Origin: Candidatus Saccharimonadales bacterium
Lineage (GTDB): Bacteria; Patescibacteriota; Saccharimonadia; QS-5-54-17
Direction: 5' to 3'
Assembly: GCA_040903985.1 (NCBI GenBank)
Contig: JBBDUI010000002.1
Span: forward strand, 29,361-93,360
DNA length: 64,000 nucleotides
Made by a program: the position numbers and the translations under genes
Notes under the pieces: generated by a model
Databases searched by the model: none
Told to the model about the DNA's origin: nothing
What the model saw: only the letters and a program-made list of their open reading frames with translations
Shown here: in pieces, positions 56,016 to 64,000 of the stretch
Position numbering within the stretch: position 1 is the stretch's first letter
Layout of the letters: each line of letters starts with the position of its first letter

Positions 56016-57181
56016 TATTGGATTACCAGCTTTTGATAAATCGCTACATAGGCGTTCAGCATGATCTCGTGCGAGTGTTCGCGCTCCACAATCTGGCGAG
56101 AAGCCGCCCCGTAGCTTTTTAGGCGCTGCGGGTTACCTAGTAGATCGATCACCTGGGAAGCTATAACCCTCGGCTCTAGATCTGCCAGCAGGATACCGTT
56201 CTCACCCGGGCGAGCTAATTCGCGTAAGGCAGCAATGTCGGCTGCTATCACAGGTAGGCCGCAAGCCATCGCCTCTAGTGTCACGATACTTTGCAGCTCT
56301 GCCGGAGAGGTGATGATAAAGCTATCAGCCGCATTATATAGGGCCGCCTTATCTGCTTCCGCCACAAAACCTGTGAAAGTTATATCCTCACTTAAGCCTA
56401 GCTCTGCCGTTTGTCTCTGCAAACTATCGGCGGCCTTACCCCGGCCGGCTATAACTAAGTGGGCGGGAGTCTGCTTAATTATATGAGCCATAGCCTCGAT
56501 TAAGACATCTAGTCGCTTCTCGCCGTCCACTCGTCCTAAGTAGAGTAAGAGCGGCCGATCCTGAGGCAGGCTAAACTCTTTTACTACCTTGGCGGTATCG
56601 ATTCCCGACCGGAAAGTCTCCGCATCGACGCCATTCGTCACCGCTTGGGCGGCTTGATCGAGGCCATGCCGCTGCAGTAGAGCGACGGCGGTCGGAGTAG
56701 GGGAGGTGACGAAATCGGCCTTATTATGAAACCACACCAGATAACGCCAACAGAGACGAGAAAACGACTCTTTAAATAGTTTCAGCAGAGTTAAGTTTAG
56801 ATAGGCGTTTTCCGGCATGAAGTGATTAGTAGCTACTACCGGAATCTTATACCGACGCGCCCAGAAAAGCGCCGACCAGCCGATGAAGCTAGCCATGTGA
56901 ATGTGGATAACATCCGGTTGGGTCTGTTTGATGATCTCTCGACCGTGCCAAAACGGCCAGTAGCTGACACGATAGCCTCGGTTAGCAAAAAAAGTGAGAG
57001 ACTTCTCGCGGTAGATGGTATAGTCACCGTCCTGTTCAGTATACGAACTCAGCTTACTACCCGGTGCCCACACACTAGTAGATAGACCGCGACGGTTTAA
57101 ATCCTGGACTAGGCGTCGCTCGAACAGGGCGCCACCATCGTAATTCGGCCAGTAACTTTCACTTACGAGTAGAATTTTCAT
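56015..57181 (-). CDS. Glycosyltransferase family 4 (GT-B fold)
   Basis: C-terminal GT4 signature (ADSFIITSPAELQSIVTLEAMACGLPVIAADI). The stop of this gene overlaps the start codon of the downstream GT4 gene by 1 nt. Confidence 0.85.
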   Translation of the reverse strand: MKILLVSESYWPNYDGGALFERRLVQDLNRRGLSTSVWAPGSKLSSYTEQDGDYTIYREKSLTFFANRGYRVSYWPFWHGREIIKQTQPDVIHIHMASFIGWSALFWARRYKIPVVATNHFMPENAYLNLTLLKLFKESFSRLCWRYLVWFHNKADFVTSPTPTAVALLQRHGLDQAAQAVTNGVDAETFRSGIDTAKVVKEFSLPQDRPLLLYLGRVDGEKRLDVLIEAMAHIIKQTPAHLVIAGRGKAADSLQRQTAELGLSEDITFTGFVAEADKAALYNAADSFIITSPAELQSIVTLEAMACGLPVIAADIAALRELARPGENGILLADLEPRVIASQVIDLLGNPQRLKSYGAASRQIVEREHSHEIMLNAYVAIYQKLVIQ

Positions 57182-57314
57182 GCAGTAAACAGTATACCAG
57201 TAGCGACGAACCGTGTATAAGGGGCTTTGCCCTATTGCAATATTACCTATATTATTGTATTATAGTGTCAATTTCACGGCCATTCGGCGGTGGGAAAGTT
57301 CTTCGACAGATAGG

Positions 57315-57932
57315 ATGATCAGGATGCGTAGATTCGTAATCGGTCAGAGCGTGATCGCTCTGATAGCTGTCTTCGTACTTCCACTCGCGTACCAGTTCGG
57401 ACCAGTAGTCGCCTTCGGGGTGGCGCTGGGAATCAGCTGGATTCCGATGCAGCTGATCGCGCGTCTCTTCGAGCACCGTTCGCTCTGGCCGCCTCGCAGC
57501 CAGTACCGTTCGTTCTTCTGGGGAGATCTGCTACTGCTGCCCGGAATAGCCGCCTGTATCGCGCTAGCGGTCAATCGGTTACCGGCAGGCGATCACTGGT
57601 TTCACCAGAGATGGTGGAACTTGTTCTCCCTGCTGGTTGGGGTGATTGCCGGACTGATCTTTCACGAGGCCGATCGTGACAACTACAGCTCGAGGGAGCT
57701 TAACTCTCCAACCAAGCTGTGGCACGACTGGTTCGTCTACCCGGTATTCACCTACTACTTGCTCAGCCGCGCTCCGGCGCTGTTCGAGCGAGTCAATGGC
57801 ATCACCGTGTTGGCGATCGCCCTCTTGGCCGGCTGGCTCTATCTCGGGCTCACTGACGGCAAGCGCGACTACCCCTATGCCCACGTCGGGTATCACTGGG
57901 GTGACCGGACGCCGTCCATTTCCACCTTCTAG
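57315..57932 (+). CDS. Hypothetical polytopic membrane protein encoded in a visibly GC-rich segment
   Basis: Five hydrophobic helices. The surrounding approx 57.3-57.95 kb is GC-rich by eye, and ORFs in other frames (57579-57896 minus, 57676-57984 plus) are interpreted as GC-driven artefacts. Start chosen at MIRMRRFVIG. Confidence 0.5.
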   Translation: MIRMRRFVIGQSVIALIAVFVLPLAYQFGPVVAFGVALGISWIPMQLIARLFEHRSLWPPRSQYRSFFWGDLLLLPGIAACIALAVNRLPAGDHWFHQRWWNLFSLLVGVIAGLIFHEADRDNYSSRELNSPTKLWHDWFVYPVFTYYLLSRAPALFERVNGITVLAIALLAGWLYLGLTDGKRDYPYAHVGYHWGDRTPSISTF

Positions 57933-58011
57933 ATCATCCTCTCGCTCACCGGAGCGCTCGTCACTGCAGTCTGACTGCGGCTGACGGGCGCTCCGTTTTC
58001 ATTTAAGCGGA

Positions 58012-59289
58012 CTAATTTTTCCGAATTATATCGCGATAGACGTAGGCACTGGTGCGAATGGTGCGTTTCTGATCCTGACGATCTACTTGCACTAATCCAA
58101 AACGAGGCCAGTAACCGGTCGACCACTCATAGTTATCTAGCAACGACCAGTAGAAATAACCCCGGATATCGGCTCCATCTGCCATCGAGCGCTGCATGGC
58201 CGCTACATGGCGAGTAATAAAATCGGCTCGGCGTTTATCCTCGGCATCGGCGATGCCGTTCTCCGTTATATACATCGGTAGGCCGTAGCGCTTTAGTTTC
58301 TGGGTAATCTTATACAGCCCTTCGGGGTAGATCTCCCAGCCAAAATCACTCCGTTGCTCGGCCGGAGCCGGCACCTCCCACTGACGCAGACGGGCTACTC
58401 GCGCGCGAAAATGAGCCCGAGTATAGTACTGTACACCTAGAAAATCTTGGGCACCTTTGGTATGACGAAACTTACCGCTACCACCGTTATAGTCCAGCGC
58501 CCAGGCTACCGGCTTGAGCCACCAGTTGCCAGCTTCAAACAGAACGATGCTGTGCGTAAAGCCGATCTGGGCTAGCGGCCGCTGCCGTTTCATTACCCTA
58601 TAAGCCGCCTTATGGGCTGCCACGAAACGGCGCCGTGCCAGTAGATACTTCAGAAAACTCTTCTCCTGATGCGGCCAGCCGGGCCAAAGAGGAGAGCCTA
58701 AGTAGCGGGAGATGAGATAGCTCTCTGGTTCATTAAAGGTAGCCCAGAATTCAACTAAATCGCCTAGTTCCGTGCTCACATATCTTGCATAGCGCGCAAA
58801 CAGCTCTGGGAACTCTCGACCATGCCAGCCCCCGGCCGCTTCCAGCCAGGTCGGATCGCTGAAGTGGTGCAGGCTAACGAACGGTGTAATGCCGGCCTCG
58901 TGTAGGGCAAGCAGTACCTGACGGTAGTGCTCAACTGCCGCCTTATCAAACTTGCCTGGTTTCGGCTCAATACGCGACCACTCGATCGAGAAACGAAAGC
59001 TGTTTAACTCAAGCTCCTGCATCAACGCAATATCCTCGGGGTAGCGGCGGAAGTGATCGCAAGCCAAACCATTTATATAGTTAGACCTCTCCTCAGCCTG
59101 TGTCTTCACTTTGGGCCAAGCCGGTATATCACCATAGCGGCTCTCGGCCGTCGCCATCCAATCCTCGATGTGATCTTTTTCCCATTCGGTCCAGTTGTTG
59201 CGTTGATGGCCCTCGATCTGATGGGCAGCCGTTGCGGCACCCCAGAGAAAATCTCGCGACTGAGAGTCTGCTGTATTCATATGTCTCAC
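58012..59289 (-). CDS. Glycoside hydrolase family 1 beta-glucosidase
   Basis: GH1 signatures: N-terminal LNSFRFSIEWSRIEP, acid/base TFNEPESY, nucleophile YITENGIADAED. Confidence 0.9.
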   Translation of the reverse strand: MRHMNTADSQSRDFLWGAATAAHQIEGHQRNNWTEWEKDHIEDWMATAESRYGDIPAWPKVKTQAEERSNYINGLACDHFRRYPEDIALMQELELNSFRFSIEWSRIEPKPGKFDKAAVEHYRQVLLALHEAGITPFVSLHHFSDPTWLEAAGGWHGREFPELFARYARYVSTELGDLVEFWATFNEPESYLISRYLGSPLWPGWPHQEKSFLKYLLARRRFVAAHKAAYRVMKRQRPLAQIGFTHSIVLFEAGNWWLKPVAWALDYNGGSGKFRHTKGAQDFLGVQYYTRAHFRARVARLRQWEVPAPAEQRSDFGWEIYPEGLYKITQKLKRYGLPMYITENGIADAEDKRRADFITRHVAAMQRSMADGADIRGYFYWSLLDNYEWSTGYWPRFGLVQVDRQDQKRTIRTSAYVYRDIIRKN

Positions 59290-59354
59290 TATAGATATGT
59301 TTCAGTATCAGCACAATTGAATCCGATACCGTATATAACGTATATAATGATCTC

Positions 59355-60377
59355 ATGAAGCTTTCCCGTTCTACCTCTCGCCGCCTACTCTATAGCTGTG
59401 GCGCACTCTCGCTGAGTCTCGGTATAGCTTTTCTAGTCGTACGCTTCATCCCTCACTCGACTCCAGAGTATGGCGTCACCTTCAGTGCGAAATATGCCGA
59501 AGAGCTAGGTCTCGACCCGAACGAGACCCTAGAAGCTATTCTGAGTGAGCTAAAACCAGCCCATGTACGTCTGATGAGCTACTGGGACCGACACGAACGT
59601 GACCGTGACCGTTACGACTTCACTGAACTGGATCAACAATTCGATCTAGCCGAACGCTACGAGGTAGAGGTGCTGCTCGCCATTGGTCAAAGACAGCCAC
59701 GTTGGCCGGAGTGTCATGTACCCGAGTGGGCCAAACAACTATCAAACACTGAGTATGAAATGGCTCTGCTCAAATATCTCCACACTGTGACTGATCGTTA
59801 CGCTGACCAGCCAAGGCTAGAGGGGTACCATTTGGAAAACGAGGCTGCTAACGCTAGCTTCGGTCGGTGCCCTCCTTTCAATAACGGATTGCTGCGACAA
59901 GAATACGCGACGGTAACGGCTGCTGATCCGGATACACCCATCACTATTAGTGTCAGTAATCAATACGGTATACCACTACAGCCACCGCTCGCCGACGAGT
60001 ATGCCATGTCAATCTATCGCCAAGCATACTTCGAATTGGGGGGAAGACAGATCTATTGGAACTATTCATTCGTCCCAGCCGAATGGCACCGGCTACGCGC
60101 CTGGGCAATCCAGCTCATCCACTGCCGCAAAACCTACATCCACGAGCTACAGACCGAGCCGTGGGGTAGACAGGCTACCGTTAACCTGTCCCTAGCCGAA
60201 CAGGCCGCCAGTATGGACCCGGATAAGCTGCGCGCTAACGTCAACTATGCCGAACGAATCGGCACACCGAAAATCTATCTCTGGGGTGGAGAGTGGTGGT
60301 ACTGGCGTCTCCAGAAATTTGACGACCCGACCCTCTGGCACACTGTCCAAGCCATCTTCAACCAACCTGAAATCTAA
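59355..60377 (+). CDS. Putative TIM-barrel glycoside hydrolase (GH5-like / cellulase-like), membrane-anchored
   Basis: N-terminal TM/signal. HLENEAAN (candidate acid/base NE-motif) and ELQTEPWG (candidate nucleophile Glu). Family assignment uncertain. Confidence 0.45.
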   Translation: MKLSRSTSRRLLYSCGALSLSLGIAFLVVRFIPHSTPEYGVTFSAKYAEELGLDPNETLEAILSELKPAHVRLMSYWDRHERDRDRYDFTELDQQFDLAERYEVEVLLAIGQRQPRWPECHVPEWAKQLSNTEYEMALLKYLHTVTDRYADQPRLEGYHLENEAANASFGRCPPFNNGLLRQEYATVTAADPDTPITISVSNQYGIPLQPPLADEYAMSIYRQAYFELGGRQIYWNYSFVPAEWHRLRAWAIQLIHCRKTYIHELQTEPWGRQATVNLSLAEQAASMDPDKLRANVNYAERIGTPKIYLWGGEWWYWRLQKFDDPTLWHTVQAIFNQPEI

Positions 60378-60501
60378 AACCAAGATTTAAATTTAGACTA
60401 CTGCTGTTTTGTACTGACTTTTTTGACGATCGTCAAAAAATTTATTACAAGTTTTTTTGACTTTGGATGGATATTTAGTGCGATCTTGGCTTTAGTTATA
60501 G

Positions 60502-62232
60502 CTAATTTCTAGTATCGTCGGGACGGGCAATCCGCTTCTTCTCAGTCACGTTAAATGCTTCGAGATACTTACCAAATAGCAGCCGAGTCTGAGCATTCAG
60601 AGCAGCCATACTACCGAAGACTATCAAGGTGACCGGCACAAAAGCCCACTGTAGCACCATCATCACGCTACGCAGCGGACCGTAACGATCCGGCCGCGGC
60701 GGCAGACTCATCAGACTGCTTGCAATTGGTGCTAGGAGACCGATTAAAGCCCCGGTTTGGATCAAGCTGACGATGGTCGGTAACTGCACGGCTAAAATCG
60801 AATCCGATGCCTCAACATTAATCAGTAGCGGCAGCCAGCCACCGCCCGCCAGAATGATCGGGGCGACAACCCAACTGAGATAGCCCTCGATCTGCCGAAA
60901 GTTATGCACGATTCGACTAGAGAGAGGTATCTCCGGCTCATGAAATGAACGGCGTAGGACGAACGGAGTATCGGCCACCCCCCAGGCCCAGCGACGTAGC
61001 TGATAAAACTGCGCCTTAAAGGTGCGCCAGTAACCTTCAACCAATACAGCATCCTGATAAATCGGACTGAATATAGGTAAGACTTTATGCTCGCCCTTGT
61101 AGGCGAAATAGGTGCGCCAGTACTGATGTCCATCCTCGACGATCGAAGCGACATTCCAGTAGTCAACATCGATAAGGGTTTGCAAGCTCTGGGCATGAGC
61201 CGAGAAGTTACGCAAACGGTGGGGTCGTAGCGCCTCCATCAACACCCAGAAGCTATTACTGACCGCGATGACCCGCATCAGAGCCGGAGCGTCCCAGATG
61301 TTGTTAAAGAACATCGGAATCGGTTGGTAAGAGTTATGTGTCCGGTTCGGTGTGATGGCATAGCAGTAGGCTGCCTCAGCAAAATAATTCGGACTGGGAC
61401 GGTTATCGACATCAAGTGTCGTCACCATCACTTGCTCGGGATTAATCGCCTGCTCCTCGATATAGCCGGTCAGCCAGCGCGCAGCATAGGTGATATTACC
61501 GGCCTTAGCCTTGGCTTCACCCGGCATATCGGCTGGATGCTCGATCGCAACCGCGGTTTTAAAGATTGGCGCGTGCTGAGCTGCTAAAGCCCGCGCGGCC
61601 GCTGCCGTCTCAGCCCCACCCCGTGCCTCGTGGGCGATGATTAGTATCATCTTATGTGCATCGTAGTTACTATCGATCACGGCCTGCACGGTCGAAGCTA
61701 ATATCTCAGCATCTTCGTTATAGATCGCAATAATTACTGCATGGTAGATATCTTCCGGTGGCATGATCGTATCTCTAGCTTTATGCGCCGACACCAGATA
61801 CTTACTATAGTATTTTATAACCTGTCGCTCGCGCCAATTCTTAGCCTTACTCAGCCGCAGCTGTAAACGCTCCAAGGCGAGCTCTGTATCATTCAAATCC
61901 ATCAGCCGTAGTTGCCAGTCAACCCGACGGCTGAGCCGCATCCGCCAGTAAGCACGAATTAGACGGTTACTATAGCCAAATATCTTGGTCAGCCACCACA
62001 GCGTATAGCCGATCAGTATATAAGCGGCCGTAACGATCGAAAAGTAACTCACCACGATCACTATGATAAAAAAAGACCAGGACATCGCCCCGGTTGCGAT
62101 TTCTAGGACGCGCTGTGTACGATCATGATACTGACTGCCGGCGACGGTTTTCATACATAACCAGCGTATAGACTTATAGGTACCGGGTAAAGAGCTAGGC
62201 GGAGACACAAGGGTAGTAAGTCTTCCACTCAA
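60502..62232 (-). CDS. Processive family-2 glycosyltransferase (cellulose/chitin/PNAG-synthase-like) with N-terminal and C-terminal TM helices
   Basis: D,D,D,QxxRW signature: TLDVDNRP, and QLRRWAWG within YQLRRWAWGVAD. Multiple TM helices. The start could be the internal Met at 62154. Confidence 0.78.
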   Translation of the reverse strand: MSGRLTTLVSPPSSLPGTYKSIRWLCMKTVAGSQYHDRTQRVLEIATGAMSWSFFIIVIVVSYFSIVTAAYILIGYTLWWLTKIFGYSNRLIRAYWRMRLSRRVDWQLRLMDLNDTELALERLQLRLSKAKNWRERQVIKYYSKYLVSAHKARDTIMPPEDIYHAVIIAIYNEDAEILASTVQAVIDSNYDAHKMILIIAHEARGGAETAAAARALAAQHAPIFKTAVAIEHPADMPGEAKAKAGNITYAARWLTGYIEEQAINPEQVMVTTLDVDNRPSPNYFAEAAYCYAITPNRTHNSYQPIPMFFNNIWDAPALMRVIAVSNSFWVLMEALRPHRLRNFSAHAQSLQTLIDVDYWNVASIVEDGHQYWRTYFAYKGEHKVLPIFSPIYQDAVLVEGYWRTFKAQFYQLRRWAWGVADTPFVLRRSFHEPEIPLSSRIVHNFRQIEGYLSWVVAPIILAGGGWLPLLINVEASDSILAVQLPTIVSLIQTGALIGLLAPIASSLMSLPPRPDRYGPLRSVMMVLQWAFVPVTLIVFGSMAALNAQTRLLFGKYLEAFNVTEKKRIARPDDTRN

Positions 62233-62325
62233 AACGGTATAAGTAATAGTAATGAGTACCGCTACCGCTCATCCGAAAGCCAAAATTTCAGTATAACGCC
62301 CCCAACGCGTTATACTTATTAGTAT

Positions 62326-63168
62326 ATGTTAATCGGTCTACACGTATCATCCAGCGGGGGAGTAGAGCAGGCACCGGAACGAGCCGCTAAAGAAACCGGT
62401 GAGGCGCTACAGATATTTGCTGGCAGTCCTCGGATGTGGCGCAAAACTATCTTTTCCAGCGAGCAAGGTGAAGCGTTCCAGGCCAATATGCGCCAGCACA
62501 ATATCGCTCAGGCTTTCGTCCACGTGATGTACCTTACTAGCTACGGAGCGCCAGATACTGAGCACCGAGCAAAATCGGTTGATGCCTTCATCACCGCACT
62601 TACCAACTGCGATACCCTAGGTTGTCGTGGTGCCGTAACCCATCTCGGCTCTCATAAAGGATTAGGTTTCGAGCAGGCATTGCCGCGCATCGCCGCCAGT
62701 TTAAATAAGGTCCTAGCTAGTGATACTAAGGCGCAAGTAATCTTAGAGAACTCAGCCGGTGCTGGCGGCAATATTGGTAACAGCTTTGAAGAATTAGCCG
62801 CCATAATTGAAGCTTGCGATAACCATCCCCGATTGAAGATCTGCCTCGATACAGCGCACGCCTTTACCGCCGGTTACGATCTACGAGGAGAATCCGAATG
62901 GCAAACACTAATGCAAGAGTTCGATAGCATCATCGGACTTGACCGCCTGGCTGTCATGCACCTGAATGATTCGAAAGCCGAATTCACCAGTCGAAAAGAC
63001 CGTCACGAAAATATCGGAGACGGCTATATCGGCAGTGAGGCCTTTACAGCCATTATCAACGACGAACGACTCAGTAGCACCGCCGGCATCCTGGAAGTAC
63101 CTGGTCTAGATGGTAGTGGCCCTGATCAGGCTAATGTCGACCGCCTGCGAGCGCTTCGTCGTGGCTGA
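62326..63168 (+). CDS. nfo: Endonuclease IV (AP endonuclease family 2)
   Basis: MLIGLHVSSSGGVEQAPERA parallels E. coli Nfo [21 protein letters not shown]. Conserved HLGSH, CLDTAHAF and MHLNDSK metal-binding motifs. Confidence 0.9.
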   Translation: MLIGLHVSSSGGVEQAPERAAKETGEALQIFAGSPRMWRKTIFSSEQGEAFQANMRQHNIAQAFVHVMYLTSYGAPDTEHRAKSVDAFITALTNCDTLGCRGAVTHLGSHKGLGFEQALPRIAASLNKVLASDTKAQVILENSAGAGGNIGNSFEELAAIIEACDNHPRLKICLDTAHAFTAGYDLRGESEWQTLMQEFDSIIGLDRLAVMHLNDSKAEFTSRKDRHENIGDGYIGSEAFTAIINDERLSSTAGILEVPGLDGSGPDQANVDRLRALRRG

Positions 63169-63937
63169 TTACCTCAAGCAAACCAGCGAGCCGCTCTTTC
63201 CGGATATATTTTGGAACAAACCCATAAACAAACGTGCAGCTGGATCATTACTCATGCTCGGTGGCCATGGTCAACAGTTCAGCGGCCTGCAGGCCGTCTA
63301 CACTTTAGTCCAGGCCTTCGGTGTCGGTACTGCCCGATTGGTACTACCCGACTCATTGCGTAGTATGGTTGGCGCCATGGAGAACGGGGTCTTCCTGCCC
63401 AGTACACCCTCAGGCTCATTTGCTAGCAGTGCGGCAGAAGAGGCCATCGTAATGGCCAACGAGCACGATGGCGTGCTTCTACCTGGCGAGCTATCAAACA
63501 ACAACGAAACGACCAGCTTCCTAGAATCATTAGTCACTAACACTAAGAGCCACATCTTTACCAGTGGAGAGGTCATCGAACAGCTACTCCCCGTTCCTCA
63601 TGCTATTGCAAATATTGCGGGCTTCGTTGCCACTCCACTGCAGCTCTCGCGCTGGGCTAAAGCGCTGCACGTTCCGATTTACGTCAAGACACCGGACCTA
63701 CACAAAGAAATTGAGCTCCTGACTGCGCTAGGTGAACTAGGTGATCAACTCCTTATCTCCTACACCCCGCAGCAGATTATCGCTAACTATGGTGGGGAGA
63801 TAAGCGTAACCCCGACCAATGATGCCACGTTAAGCGCCGTACTAGCCGCCATCACAGTATTCTGCCTGCAGCACACTGACCGCTTCCAAGCAGCTACTAG
63901 TGGAATCTGGCAAGCTACCCACCCACGTCCTCTCTAG
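63161..63937 (+). CDS. Hypothetical protein. The ORF is open from 63110; a GTG at 63161 overlaps the nfo stop.
   Basis: Coding-like ORF with no confident motif. Start uncertain. Confidence 0.4.
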   Translation: MADYLKQTSEPLFPDIFWNKPINKRAAGSLLMLGGHGQQFSGLQAVYTLVQAFGVGTARLVLPDSLRSMVGAMENGVFLPSTPSGSFASSAAEEAIVMANEHDGVLLPGELSNNNETTSFLESLVTNTKSHIFTSGEVIEQLLPVPHAIANIAGFVATPLQLSRWAKALHVPIYVKTPDLHKEIELLTALGELGDQLLISYTPQQIIANYGGEISVTPTNDATLSAVLAAITVFCLQHTDRFQAATSGIWQATHPRPL

Positions 63938-64000
63938 TACTACCAGCACTACACGCTATGTCGTGCCTTATTTTAAAGTTACCCCTATATGCATAAGAGA

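Noticed and set aside
57579-57984. ORFs 57579-57896 (minus) and 57676-57984 (plus) in the GC-rich segment
   Set aside because: High GC suppresses stop codons in all frames. Their products are Pro/Arg/Gly-rich low-complexity sequences, whereas the overlapping plus-frame 5-TM protein is coherent.

Overview
The window appears to be a compact bacterial chromosome segment with frequent stop/start overlaps and many hypothetical genes. By inference only, the style is Patescibacteria/Saccharibacteria-like. Positions 0-12.8 kb hold housekeeping genes: a GGDEF cyclase, rplJ-rplL with a leader attenuator and terminator, dnaX overlapping dnaB, a GT39/ArnT-like membrane glycosyltransferase, and the tightly overlapped ybaB-recR-nrnA(DHH)-cysS operon. 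Two tandem AI-2E transporter paralogs lie on the minus strand. An intact tRNA-Gln(TTG) sits at 13215-13289. Around it, at 13.0-13.5 kb, are a 5' tRNA-Gln-like fragment, an exact 21-nt repeat of the tRNA 3' end, and T-loop-like palindromic repeats. This signature suggests site-specific integration or rearrangement. Downstream, roughly 13.5-24.5 kb, the sequence is visibly AT-richer and looks accessory. It carries a small SET-domain protein, YunG-like and NUDIX-like genes, and a 29-nt exact direct repeat upstream of two genes with a third partial copy. The most notable element is a translationally coupled three-gene cassette at 16981-21688. Its products are modular repeat proteins with a BNR Asp-box, a glycine-rich domain, fn3-like modules and a shared identical C-terminal tail, with no signal peptides. 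It is a candidate phage-remnant tail-fiber or novel surface-adhesion module. A DUF2200 gene fragment and a DUF2200 paralog lie nearby. Positions 24.5-52 kb hold mixed regulatory and envelope genes: PAP2, GNAT, HxlR plus FMN reductase, ABC-F, two Crp/Fnr paralogs, a DUF305-HK-RR neighbourhood, FAD oxidase, PBP1A, typA, DEAD-box helicase, greA, an LCP protein, and hsp20 with a CIRCE-like operator. Positions 52-62 kb form a polysaccharide locus: a beta-helix surface protein, two GT4, GH1 beta-glucosidase, a GH-like TIM-barrel protein and a QxxRW processive GT2 synthase, plus a GC-rich membrane gene. The window ends with nfo (endonuclease IV).
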